NCBI GenBank assembly: GCA_013265495.1
Contig: MU057724.1
Span: 434,001-496,000, forward strand
Length of the DNA: 62,000 nt
Direction: 5' to 3'
Source: Vicugna vicugna
Lineage: Eukaryota
The first letter of the stretch is position 1. Each line of letters starts with the position of its first letter. The notes beneath the pieces were generated by a model. It made no database searches and had not been told where the DNA came from. It was given only the letters and a program-made list of their open reading frames with translations. A program made the position numbers and the translations under genes. This document shows, in pieces, positions 12,916 through 25,000 of the stretch.

Positions 12916-14129
12916 TAACATCATGGGGTTTCCCTAGGACTATTACTGTTACTTTTAAGTTACCTAAAGAAGCTGATGTGCGTCCTGTTGGAGAACCACA
13001 GCCTAGAGGATTTCCTTGAGATCATCTGGGTTTAACCCTTTTCAAACCTGTCCAAGTGCTGGGCATATTAATAATATACGTTTGCTAGTACATTTGGATG
13101 AGTTTCGTACAGCTGTCTCGTATAAAATTCTAAAATATTTAATGACACACATACAAGATTGTTGCATACATTTTAAATTACGGTAGTTTAAAGACTCCGA
13201 CCTGACCTCCGCTTGGGCGAGCTCTTACTTTGGGAGAGAAGCTGTGGATCAGTGTGGGTAAGTGAAGCCCGTGCTGGTTAGCTGCTTTTCCCCCGGGCTT
13301 GTCTAGGAACTAGCAGGTACTCGGCTTGTTGCTTTCATTGATTTCTTTACTTTCTTGTTTTAATTGTGCACTGATTAGTTTACCAAATGAGCAGAAGCCA
13401 TGAGGATGAAAGAGGTAATTACAGGCGTGAAAATAAGCCCTGAAAAAGGGAGAAGCGTGAAGTCCGGTGGCTTTAAAATGGCGGGTTTGCAGTGTGGGGG
13501 TGTTTGGCTTCTTGATTACGAAGCCTTATTTTAAAATGAGACAGAAACATAAAAGTTGGCTATTGTCTATCTGCATTAGATAATGACCCACACAATGAAG
13601 TAAGAATGTAAATTAGCTAATAAGAGGCATGCATTATCTGTGTTCGTGCTGTAAGGTGGTGTGGTACGGTGCCTTCCCTTTTGCTAGAAGGTAGTGACTG
13701 CTGTACAAGTGGGGTAATCTTAGTTTATTGTCCAGCCAGACCCCTATGGGAACAGAAGGAAGCATTATTAATAATTAATAGAGGGACCTGGACAAATGGG
13801 GACCTTTATGTGTGTGACACAAGTCAAGCTACAGGGTACACTTTTTAGTAAAATCTGAATTTAAGTGATTTGTTTTTCCTTTTAATTTGTTACAGACATT
13901 GTTTATACCACAAAAGCAAGTTTTGATCATTTTGATATTACTTTGTAGAATTATTTTAATTTTATAAAATTTTCTAATTTTAAGTATGATTGCTGCATTT
14001 TTTCCTAACCATTTGCATCGTATAAATTTGTAGACAAGTAAATTCTTGATCATACACATGATATCAAGTACATTTATATTGAACTTTCTTTATTAGTATT
14101 TGAATATTATTATTATTTTTGCCTTCCAG

Positions 14130-14255
14130 ACAAATTATGAAAACAGAATATATAGCCTGAAAGTAGAGTGTGGACCTAAATACCCAGAAGCTCCTCCATC
14201 AGTTAGATTTGTAACCAAAATTAATATGAATGGAATAAATAATTCCAGTGGAATG
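14130..14255 (+). CDS. UBE2V2: UBE2V2 coding exon 3
   Basis: Acceptor tttttgccttcCAG ends at 14129 and donor GTAAGT starts at 14256. The 126 nt encode [42 protein letters not shown], in frame with exon 2. Confidence 0.97.
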
Positions 14256-17200
14256 GTAAGTTAAAGTAATCCTTTTATTCTCGTGTAACCTATTAATGTG
14301 TAGTCAAGAGGAAGGTTTTTTTCTTTTTTAAGGGTCTTAGTTCACCTGAAAGTCTAAAGATGTTTATCTCACACCTGTCTCTCATGAACCTGCCTGTCCT
14401 TAGAAGCCTTCACGTGCCAGTCTAGGTATGTGCAGCCCTTCCCTTAGGGTTCTGTTAACCGCTTCAGTAGTCACGGTCCAGGGGAACCCTTACTGGTGAG
14501 AAAATGGTCATCATTTCTCTTCGGGTGTGGTTTTTCTTTAGGGCTAAGGTACATTTGGTGAGAGTAAAAGGATGAATATTCATGAGGAGGAGGCTTTTCT
14601 TTGAGGAACAAGCAGGTCTGTAGGAGCAGACGTTGTAGTTGAGCATGGCCGTCTGTTTAAAGCAAGTGGATCAAAACGATACTCCCTGGTTCACACAGGG
14701 AAGCTAGTGGAAACAGCCTCATTTCTGGTGCGGTGTTTGGTTCACGGCAAGGACGTGAAGTGCGGGCTCTTGGAGTGCTGTGTTGAGAGTGCCCTGACGT
14801 GCGGAGGGACCCGGTGACAGTGGCGCGGATGGCACCGTCTCAGGAGCAGTGCCATCATTGTCCTTAGGTTCTGCATGCATTTCTTCAGCCCGGCCCGCAT
14901 GCCCTTCCCCGGCAGCATCCTGAAATGTTTTACATTCTCTCAGTCTCTTCGTGGTTTTACTCGCATCCCACCGTGTGTGCACATGTACACCTGTCCTCCT
15001 TACCCACCCCTGTCCACCCACAGCCTCCATCCAGAGCCATGCGTTCACACCGGTACCTCCAGGCCATCCCGACACTGCAGCCCCTGTTCCAGAGTCCGTT
15101 CTCCCATGTTCATGGGTCTCGCTCCAGCAGGGAGGACCCTGGCCCCGCCGCCCCGCGCTCGTCCTTAGCGCACTCGGTTGTGGAGGGCGCACACCCCACT
15201 GCCCGCCAGCCTGCGTCCTAGCCTCGTACACAGGCCCCAAACTGGCCCTGGTGGGCTGGCCTCTGTCTGCTGGGTGCCCTGGAGGAAAGCGTGACGCTGA
15301 TTGCAGGAGGGTCGTTGGAGGCTTGGCCCAGACCTCCTGGGTCCCTCCCTAACCGCAGAGTCCTCCTGCAGTCTGTCTGGCGTGTGGTTTACCCACTGAG
15401 GTTTTTCGTGCCATATGCTGATACGTTTACGTTTGAATAACTTATCTTATTTTGTGGTTTCTGTTTTTTCCATGTGTTTCTCACTTTTGGCCTACTTCTG
15501 AAATGGCAGTTCTCGACTGGCGGCGGCGTTCCTGTGCTGCGGTGGTTGCTCTAGGCATTACTGTGCGCATCCTTAGCGGTCTCTGTGTCAGGCAGCGTTA
15601 GGCGGGGGCAGAAGCAGAGTTGTGAGACACGGAGTTTACAGAAGGGCTGTTGCTCGGGGAGCTGCTTTCGTGACGCACAGCCCTGCTCTGAGGACGTTTT
15701 CCTTGGGCTTCTCTCCCAGGAGCACCTGTTCTTCCCAGCTGCTGCTTCGTCGTCACATGACAGACTCTGCAGATGGAGTAACTCGTGGTGGGCTCTGCAC
15801 TGTTGTGGGAACTATGAAACCCACGATTAGATGTCAGACCCACCCCGACCGAGTCACCTGCTCTCGTGGGCTTCTTGTCCATGTGGGACATTCTGCCGCT
15901 TCCTCTGCCCCCCGGCCCCCCAGGCTCAATCGAGAATCCTGTCAGTCTCCGTTGAAAATGGAACTTGGGTCAAGTCTTGCTTGTCTGTTTACGTTGCCGC
16001 TGAATGGGTGCTGGCCATTGTCTCTCGTCTGGCCCCTGCGCAACCTCTCTGATTCTGCCTTTTCACCCTCTCCAGTCTTTGCAGAGCAAGCAGTCAGAGG
16101 GACCTTGGCAAAACGCACATGTGTCCTGTTGCCCCTGAGGTGGCTTCAGCCACGGGGTGCCCGCCTCTCCTTATGGCTCACTGCGGGCACATGGGTCTCG
16201 CTGCCCGCACCCGTTCCTTTTGGCCTCAGGGCCTTTGCACTTTCTGTCCGTCCTGTGTGGACATCTCCTCCACGCTGGCCAGTCCCGACGGATCCTTCCC
16301 GGCTCTGTGAGCGGTGCCTTCTCAGAGAAGTCTTTCCCGAGTCCCTAGTCCCAGTTTTGTCCCTTTGTTACTCTGTTAGTCACTCTTTTATTCTTTCTCT
16401 TTGTAGCGATTGCTGTAAATTATCATTTTTTCTTTTTGTTTTTACTTCCGGTGTTCTAAAAGGATTGTTTCTCACACAGCAGACAAGCGTTAGCGGATGA
16501 TATAACCAGCACCCTCCGTGTCAGATCTGACTACATCCTGGACTTACTTCCACCGTCTTTTTCTTTCTTTTCTTTTTTTTTAAAGGAAGGCTGCATTATG
16601 ACTAGTTCCCTCTGTGTGTACCTGTCCCTTGGAGCCTCCCCACTGCAGACTTGGTGTTTGTTGCTTCCACACTGGCTGCATGGTTTTACCGCACACGTCG
16701 GTGTCCCCGTGTTGTACCGTGTTTGATGCCTCAGGGAATTTTGAGTTTCATCCGTGCTGTGTTGTGTCGTCCTCTCTTGCTGTTCAGTTAACACTCCATT
16801 CTTCACGTGCCAGGCATTGAAGTTTTCAGCTTCCACCGAGGGACCACCCCGTGTGAGCACCCCTGTGCCCTAGAGCTGGCTTCTCAGGCTTTTCGGGACT
16901 GAGTGTCTGTTGGTTACAGTAAGCTGTGGGTCAGTATTTTTACAGAGTTCGATGAAAATGAATACTAGGAAATTGAAGGAGAAAATCCAAGCTCAGGGCT
17001 TTTTAGAAAAGATTCACCTGTCAGATTGCCGTGGGGCTCTCTTGAGTGCTCACTCTCAGTTTCTGTGCTAATCTTGAGAGGGACCAGAAGGCCTGGGCTG
17101 TTCCGTGGGAGGAAGTGGAACGCTGCTGAGTCCGGAGGTCGGGGGGCGTCTTGAGTCCGGTTGGTTGAGTTCTTCCCAGTTGTCCCCCCAGGGTTGGGCT

Positions 17201-18739
17201 GTGTCCGTCCCCCCAGCCCCTCCTACAGTCAGGCTGCAGCAGGGCCTGGAGAACAGACACAGATACTGATTCCAGCTGTTGGGGCGCAGGCTGGGCAGCT
17301 AAGACCCCAGTTTTCCTTTCGATTGATGTTTAAGAATTTAAATTATGACTTTTGTGACCAGTAAATAAATAGAGTGGAATTTCACGTTGACCATCGGTGA
17401 TTGGTCCAGGATAATTTTGTATGTTTTGAGATTATTTAAGTACCTGATGAATTACGGATGTTGCTTCAGTAAGTCTGGTTTATATTTATTTAATACAACT
17501 CGGCGAAATTATTCCCGGTGGGTGGTTCGCACTGAAACGTGGTTTCCAGCGCTTTGTGCCGTGAGGGCTCACGTCTGGGAGGCGGTTGTGCGTGCACTGA
17601 TGGACGCAGGCTTGCTGTGACCCCCACCCCCGCCTCTGCCCTGCCCCCGGCCTTTCTGCGCCCTCTGTTGGTGCTCGCAGGACTTGCAGTTACTTGGGTT
17701 TACTTGCTGTCGCTGAACTTCACAGCTGGACGTGTTTGTTTCTGCCTCGGAAGCAGCTTGGTATTGTCCACACCTACAGACTGGTGTTTGCTTACGGACT
17801 GAGTTTAAAATAGGCCAAGGGGGTTCCACTCCTGAGGTCAGAGGGCGCGCGAACCCCGCGGGCCGCGTTCCTGTCTCAGTTACTCCTGACGGAAGTCGAA
17901 AAAAATTACTTTTCTTTTCTATTTTTAAATAGTTTTATTGTGCTATGATTCATACCATACAGTTCACTCAAGTATAAAATGCATGTTTTTTACTGTTTGC
18001 CACGGTCGTGGACCCATTGCCAGAACCCAGTTTCAGAACGTTTTTGTCCCTCGGAGGAAGCCCTGCACCGGTCAGCTGTCACCTTGCCCCACACCCTGAG
18101 CAGCACCGGTCTCCGTCCTGCCTTCACAGATGTCCCGTTCGGGGCTTCGCATACTTGGAGTCATACAACTTGTGTTCTTTTGTGGCTGGGTTCTTTGACT
18201 TAACGCAGTGTTTTCAAGGTTTATCCGTGTTGCAGTGTGTGTCAGTGTTGTCTTCCTTTTATTGTTGAATAATAACCTGATTATATGGATATATGCGCCT
18301 TCAGTTATCTCCTGTTTTCTTCGTCCCTTGAGGACATCTGGGTTCTCCCGCGTTGGGCTGTCGTGAACGTCTGGGTACAGGCTTGTGTGTGGGCGAGCAT
18401 CCTCGCTTCTCTTGGATTCATCCCTGGAAGTGGAACTGCTGGTGGTGGAAACTCTGTCTAGCTTTTTGGGCAATGGCCAGACTTTTTCAGAGTGGACGTG
18501 CTATTGACACTCCTGTTAGCGGCGGGTCAGGGCCCCAGCTTTTTCACATCCTTGCCAACCGTGTCGTGTTGACGACAGCCCCCCGGGAGGTGCGGGGTGC
18601 TGTGACACGCGCTCCCCTGAGGGGCTGGTGGTGGTGAGCAGCTCTTCACGTGCAGATTGGCCGTTTCTCACCTTCTCTGGAGAGGTGGCTGTCTCGTCTC
18701 TCTGAGCCAGGACAGGGTGCAGCTGCTCCAGGTGCCGTG

Positions 18740-19113
18740 GCCCAGGGTCTCCCCGGCTGCAGTCGGCATGCTGGCCTGCGCTGCGGTCTCTTCCCAACGG
18801 GGGACGCGCTGGGACAGCATTCAGTTCTTCGTGGGTTTTTGGACCGAGGGCTTCTGCATCCTGCACGCTGCTACCCAGAGCCCACGTTTGGTTCCTGGCC
18901 CCGCAGGCCTCTCTGTAGAGCCATTCACAGCACGGCAGCCAGTGAGTGGGAGCCAGAGGGAGTGAGGCGGCAGCAGCGCGTCTCTGTAACTCAGCGCCCG
19001 CAGGGCAGCCCAGGGTCCTGTCCATGGAGGTCCCTGTGCCCAGCCCACACCCAGAGGAGCGGCTGCAGTGGGCATGAGTGCAGGGGTGAAGATCCTCAGG
19101 AGCCGCTGTGAAA
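18740..19113 (-). mobile_element. MaLR LTR (MLT1E/F-like) remnant
   Basis: 'cagcattcagttcttcgtgggtttttggaccgagggcttc' and 'gttcctggccccgcaggcctctc' resemble antisense MLT1E/F. Confidence 0.45.
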
Positions 19114-19118
19114 GCTGC

Positions 19119-19466
19119 TGTCTCAGTTTGGGCTGCTGCAACCAAAACACCACACTCTGGGGGAGTTTCAGACAACAGCGGCTGGCTTCTCTCAGTCTGG
19201 AGGCTGGGACGTCTGAGCTCAGGGTGCCAGCGTGGTCCTGTTCTGGCGAGACCCCGTCCTGGGTAACCGACTGCTTGCTGCATGCTCCTGGGAGGAGGAG
19301 CAGGTTCTGGTCTCGCTCTTCTCAAAAGGACGCTGATCTCATGGTGTGGCCACGCCTGTGACTGCATCTGAGCCTCATCACTCCAGTCCCAGTCCCTGGT
19401 CCCAGCCTGTGGCGGTGGGGGCTTCAGCACAGGAGTTTGGGGGATGCAGTCTTGCAGTCCATAGCA
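19119..19466 (-). mobile_element. MaLR solo LTR (MLT1A-like)
   Basis: TG...CA termini ('tgtctcagtttgggctgctgcaaccaaaacaccaca' ... 'cagtccatagca') with a near-perfect 5-bp TSD, GCTGC (19114-19118) and GCTGT (19467-19471). Confidence 0.75.
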
Positions 19467-20339
19467 GCTGTCGACCGCAGTCCCCCTCGCACACGTTTTA
19501 ATTGAGATAGGAGTTCTTCATATACTGAACAAGAGCCCCTTATCAAATACATTTTCTTTATTCTGTGGGTTGTCTCTTTGCTTTCTTGATGTTTTCAACG
19601 CAAAAATTTAAAATTTTTATGGAGCCAACTTATCTACATTGTATTCTGTTGAATGTACTTTATTAGGAGTTCTGCCCAGTGTCATGGGTTTGCTCCTGTG
19701 TCCTGAGAGGTCACTGCCGTGGCTGTGATCCGTTTGAGCCTGTGTGTGGTGTGAGCTGGGGAGCCCGCCTCATTCCTCTGTGGGTGCGTGTCCAGGTGTC
19801 CTTTCCCCGTGTGTGATCCATTCGCATGGAATGCCTTTCCGTTTACTTAGCTCGTTAATTTGTCAGCAGTGTTCTGTGGCTTTCAGCGCACAAGCCCTTC
19901 ACTGCTTTGTTACATTTTACCCGTGTGTTTTGCTCTTTCCCGTCCTGTTGTGAATGGGGCCGCTTCCGCGCTCGCAGGCTTGGCTGGGTGTGCCGACCCT
20001 GTGCCGGCAGCTCGCCCCGGTGTGGGGTGGCAGTCTCCGTGATGGGGCCTGCGTATCGTCTGTGCAGCCATGTGTTCTGCACGTGGACGTGGCTTCCCTT
20101 TGGTCTTTTCGGCCTGGACCCCTTTTGTTCCACTTTCTTGCCTGACTGCCTGGCCAGACCCTCCCCGGACAGCAGCAGCAGCCTTGCCGCGCTCTGGCCT
20201 TCAGAGGTGCTTTCCGTCCGTGGCGTTGAGTGTGGTGCTGGCTGTGCGTCTTTACTGGGCTGGCCCTCCTCATAGCCTGAGTGTTCTTAATCCTCCGAAG
20301 CCTCAGGCTGCATGTGCCAGACAGGTTGAAATTTTTTTT

Positions 20340-20530
20340 AATTTTTGAAGTTTTTATTTTGTCATAGTTGATGCTGCAGTATTGGGTTGGTCTCTGATGT
20401 ACCGCATCGTGAGTATTTTTAAAGTTATACTCCACTTAAAGTTTTTTTTCGCAGAATAATAGCTGTGTTTCCTGTGTGGTTCAGTGCACCCTTGTTGCTC
20501 ATTTGCTTTATGCGTAGACGCTTGTGTCTC
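20340..20530 (-). mobile_element. Artiodactyl-type LINE-1 3' end fragment
   Basis: 'catagttgatgctgcagtattgggttggtctctgatgtaccgcatcgtga ... tttcctgtgtggttcagtgcacccttgttgctcattt' resembles the fragments at 35770 and 58700. Confidence 0.55.
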
Positions 20531-21199
20531 TGAGGTGCTGAGCAATTGACCCTGGTTATTTTGGACAAGTGCCAGAGTGGAGGTGGCTGGTCGGGGAGCA
20601 GGTGGTATTGAGTGGGTGAGTTCCGAGGTCAGAGAAGGGGAGACCCCGTGAGTGAGGTTTCCCAGGGACCTGCCAGGCAGGCCACGTGATGGCAGTTACG
20701 TGGGGACGCAGCCCTCCTTTCCGCCCCCTCGGTGGGAGATGGACTTAGCACAGAGTGCCGCGCGCTGGAGAGCAGGGTCTGAGAGCTGTGGTGCCGCCTG
20801 CCCCTGACACGGTGGGGGTGCTGCCCCGACCTTGAGTGGTGTCGCTGGAGATGGGGGTGCCTTCTGATCTTAGCTCGCCTCGAAGGAACTGGTAACTGTT
20901 CACAGTGTAGCTGTCTTAACATAAGATCTGCTTCTGATGATCAAAGCTCCCTGCATGTTAACTGTCAAACACGAAACCCACCACAGAAAAACGATACAAG
21001 CTTTTTAGGGAACAGCTGTTAAAGAAGGAATATTTCCCCTAACTGTCATATGAACTTGTAGTTTTCTGATGTTCATTTCTGTAAAAGAAGAGCCTGGCTG
21101 TGAATTTTTAAAAGCACTTGTTAGTAAAATATGTATAGTAAATTGGTGGCAAAGGACTTTAAACTTGGTGGTTAATTTTGCTCTCTTCCCCCTTTTCAG

Positions 21200-21346
21200 G
21201 TGGACGCACGGAGCATACCAGTGTTAGCAAAATGGCAAAACTCATATAGCATTAAAGTTGTACTTCAAGAGCTAAGACGTCTCATGATGTCCAAGGAAAA
21301 TATGAAGCTTCCGCAACCACCAGAAGGACAGACGTACAACAATTAA
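21200..21346 (+). CDS. UBE2V2: UBE2V2 last coding exon (to stop codon)
   Basis: Acceptor ctctcttcccccttttCAG ends at 21199. It encodes [48 protein letters not shown] then TAA (21344-21346). The QTYNN ending fits UBE2V2 rather than its paralogue UBE2V1. Confidence 0.97.
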
Positions 21347-21854
21347 TTCTAGTGGATCTCAAACTTGTCTTAAATCAGCAGCCTCTACTCATGTTAATGT
21401 CTTGATCGAATATCACCATGCAGAACACCCACACATTAAGTCAGACAGTTCCAGCTGGCGACCACGACCTGGACGTTTGTAGGAATGTATCTAACATGTG
21501 TACACCCGTTATGTTTTCAGGCACAGGAGGAAGACGCCGCACACCTTCTGTCTTGTTCGGGCTCTGTCTTTCAAGCGTAGGCCTGGAGCGCTCAGAGAAG
21601 GACTCAGGTGAGAGCCTGGCAGGCAGTGTCCAAGCTGTGGCAGCGCGTGCTCCTGAGAGTGAAGGTCTCGGGAAGGAGGACCCCAGGTGGCGTGCTTTGT
21701 CCGTCTTGCTTAGTGAGAAAGCTTCGTTGAAACTGTCTGAAGTAGCAGGACAATGAATGTTGTCCCAGACTGTGTTAAGTTTTGAAGCGGTGTGGGTGCT
21801 GACTGCTAGTAGTATCGGAAATATGTTCAGGTTTGTTGTGACACCTGTATTTAT

Positions 21855-21860
21855 AATAAA
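21855..21860 (+). terminator. Polyadenylation signal AATAAA (proximal)
   Basis: Canonical hexamer with a TGTA (CFIm-type) element upstream at 21846-21849. Confidence 0.55.
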
Positions 21861-22051
21861 AACATGCCGTGGGGGAGGTGGGTGAATTTCTGTGGCAAGC
21901 TGTTCCCCTGTGCTCCATGTAACAGCCGCGGTAAATACGTGTTTACTGTCTTTGTCGGGCGAACCATGCGTTTGCGTTTAAGTAAAGCCAACGAAGAGGA
22001 AATAAGTGTATGGCTATGTGATTCTGAGACCACAGTCAGTCTTAAGTTGTA

Positions 22052-22057
22052 AATAAA
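22052..22057 (+). terminator. Polyadenylation signal AATAAA (second)
   Basis: Canonical hexamer preceded by TGTA and followed by GT-containing sequence (tgttcctgtt). Confidence 0.55.
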
Positions 22058-25000
22058 ACGTGGAACGTGTCATCGGAAACCGCGCTGTTCCTGTTACATT
22101 GACGCGTGTACAGCACCTCCCAGGTAGCAGGAACCGGAGTTCCCACACCTTCCTTCCTTATCTCGGACTGTCTAGTTCTGGGAATTGGGGTTTGCAGAGC
22201 ATTTCAGAGGACAGATTACTTTGTCTTCTTGTTCGGAGAAGGGGAGTCCCAGGTATCCCGGTTTGAATTTGATGTCACCAGGAATATTATTAAAAAGGTG
22301 TTTGAGTTCCAGCAGTTCTTACAGAATCACAGATTGCAGATTATCCAAATGTACATTCTGTTTTTCTTCGTAACGTCTCCCTCCAGCGCTCTCCCTGCCG
22401 ACTGGGGTTCATTCTGTCCACCCGCTTTTCCTCCACGTTGGCAGGTACATAGTCCACCTGCTCTGCTTTTACCAAAGTGACTCGAGGCTTCTGGTCCGTG
22501 TTTTCCTCTCAGAGCACTTGGGTGTACTGCTTTGTTGAAACGCTTTTTTCTTATGAATCCACTGAAGAAAATAGAAAGGTGGTCGAGTAACAGGGACAGA
22601 CTTCTCAAACACACCATGACATGCTTTTATCAAGTGCGTTCATAGTTAAGGCTCTGAGCTGCTTTTTCTCGGCCAGTGATACCTTCAGGTCGGCAACGTT
22701 TTGTCTAAACTTACTGATCTCAACATGGCTTTAATTATCAGAGATGTTAGAAGTGACACATAGAGAATATATACATTAAATTAATGCATGTCTGCTTTAT
22801 TAAAATAGGTTTGAAATGAACTATTACCTTGGCAAACATTCTTAAAAATTTTAAATGGTTGAATGTTAAGTTGAATTACACCGACATCAAATGTAAGAGT
22901 CTGGTGGTCACTGATGAACTAAGTCAGTCTCTAGTACCTTCTCCGCTTTGAGAGCGTGTCTCGTCCCACGTGGGCACTGACCACCGTGTGGAAGCTGCCA
23001 CATGGCTTCCGGGCTGGGGGCTGGGGGCCCGGGGCTGGTCCTCCCGTTCTGCCTCCTTTCCCCGTGCCCGCTGCTGTGAGGGCTTCCCCCCGCGTATGCT
23101 GGCTGAGTCGAGCCCAGGAGGCGTTGTCCTCCTCTGGTCTGGGGACTGTGGGTCTCGCAGACGTCTGCATGCCCGGAGCCAGTGCCCAGGGCGGAGCCCG
23201 CCACGCCAGCACAGTCAGGACGCGCTTGGCAGCCTGGGTCGTGCTGGTTGGTTACAGGAGCTACCGGGAAGCCGCTCTTAATGACACTAACTTTTCTAAG
23301 ACAGCAGTTTTGAAGCAGTTTTTCCTTTGTTTTGTAAAGTGGCTAAGGTTGTAGGCGTGGGTGGTATTAACTTAAATGAACTGTGAAAATGACTTTTGAA
23401 ATTTGTTTGAGAGGCCCCGGCAGGTAGGACTCTAGGAGATGATCCTGTGTTAATAAAGGTCATGGAGGTAAACCACTTGTCCTGCTGGATCAGTGCTGTG
23501 CTTCGCTGGTTTTAATTACTGACTTTCAGAATTGCTCATTTGAAAAAATATTGTTACTATTTTAAAGTGATGGTGTTTGTTGTTCTAGGTTTATATGTGA
23601 CTTTCCAGGAGTTTGGAACTTAAACATTTGTAAGGAGAGTTGATGGTATTTGAGTCTTTGGGGTGTAAAACAGAACAAAATTTGTAATTTTTTTTTGCTT
23701 TTTTTATTGAGTTATAGTCATTTTACAATGTTGTATCAAACAAAATTTATAATTTTAAATTGTCTTTTGAAAAGAATTTATCACACTTCAAATTTGAGTA
23801 AGTGCTTGGAATGTGATTTAATTTGATTTGCACATGGTTTATTGGTCTGGATTACTTAATACCAATTTGTTGATTTAAATACTTCCCACTAAGTATGTAT
23901 TATTACTGATAAATACATATGAAATTTATATTGTTTTGAAAATTTAGAGGACGCGCTGGAGAATATTCATGCATTTTCCTTAACAAATTTGGTGTGTCAT
24001 GGCTTTGGGTAGTTCTGGAAGGTGCATCATGAAATTGTAGACTTTGGTCAAAACTATGTTAGCTCTTTTAATGAGCACATGACTATGTTCTTATGTACAT
24101 TGTGAAGAATGTGAGTGCTAATGGTAAAGTCTTCTATCATGAGTAATAGGATTTGGGGTTATGTAAGGGGTTGCCCCCCAGGATTCCCCCAGGATCCAAA
24201 AGACACTGCTTTCACTCTTCTTGTAAGTATCAGTGTGATTTTCCAATACCAACTTGATTGGCTTTTGGTTATTTTCACAAAAAGGGTCCAAATCCTAAGG
24301 TTTTTGGAAAGTGTGTATATTCTGTGTATAAAATAGAAACATTATGAAGAGCAGTGGCTTTGGGGTGTTACAGCCTTGAACAGGAGTGTTAGCGGTTAAT
24401 TCCCACCCAGCACTGTGTTCAGTAAAAGTCAGGAAATGCATGCAGGTAGATGATCTTTTATGCTAAGACTGATAGGCCTCGTTGGAGTCACTAAACAGCA
24501 GGTGGGGATCTTGCCATAGGTCACGCTGAAGATGCTGCTTATTTACAGAGGAGAGCGGGGCACTGACAGAGGTTCACCGTGCGCGTTTTCTGAAGAGAAA
24601 ATTAATGGAGGTTTTTGATGACACAGAAAATAAGTGATAAGTCAAAACCATCATTTTGTGAAGTAAGGGAGTTTAAGGAACTCGTGGAGTGAGTACATGA
24701 TTGAAAAAATGACTGGATATGAAGAGGTTGCCATGGTGTTCACATCTGTAGTGGGACATTCTCACCTAAAAAAATTCCCAAAGTTCTGCTCCATTTCATT
24801 TTTACTTGTAAAACATCAACACGAGACTTTTCCTGCAAGTTCATTCATGAAATCAGTGATGAAAGCCAGACAGAGCTCAGTTTCCTGACCCTGTCCAGTG
24901 AGTAGCTGACCAAATGCCACGTGAGGTCGGGCAGTGACCCCTTTGCTCCACGTGTAGACTCACCATGTCATTCTTTTGTCTTCTCCTTGTTCGGGGACAA

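Larger units (their letters stand above)
17920..20330 (-). mobile_element. Ancient LINE-1 3' region (L1MB-like), interrupted by MaLR LTRs
   Basis: Antisense L1 3' UTR ('cataccatacagttcactca', 'tggagtcatacaacttgtgttcttttgtggctgg'). After 19490 it continues into antisense ORF2-derived sequence ('tattctgtgggttgtctctttgctttcttgatg'). Confidence 0.65.
21347..22075 (+). other. UBE2V2: UBE2V2 3' UTR (proximal part; may extend further)
   Basis: Follows the stop codon in the terminal exon and contains AATAAA at 21855-21860 and 22052-22057. The true 3' end cannot be fixed from sequence. Confidence 0.7.

Noticed and set aside
15622..16500. 292-aa ORF in UBE2V2 intron 3
   Set aside because: Non-ATG start, no recognisable protein similarity, GC-rich intronic context.
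18516..19430. 304-aa minus-strand ORF
   Set aside because: Spans L1 and two MaLR LTR remnants; a chance open frame.
20925..21075. Possible intronic C/D-box snoRNA (TGATGA near 20936, CTGA near 21066)
   Set aside because: No terminal stem or recognisable guide sequence, and such short motifs are common by chance.
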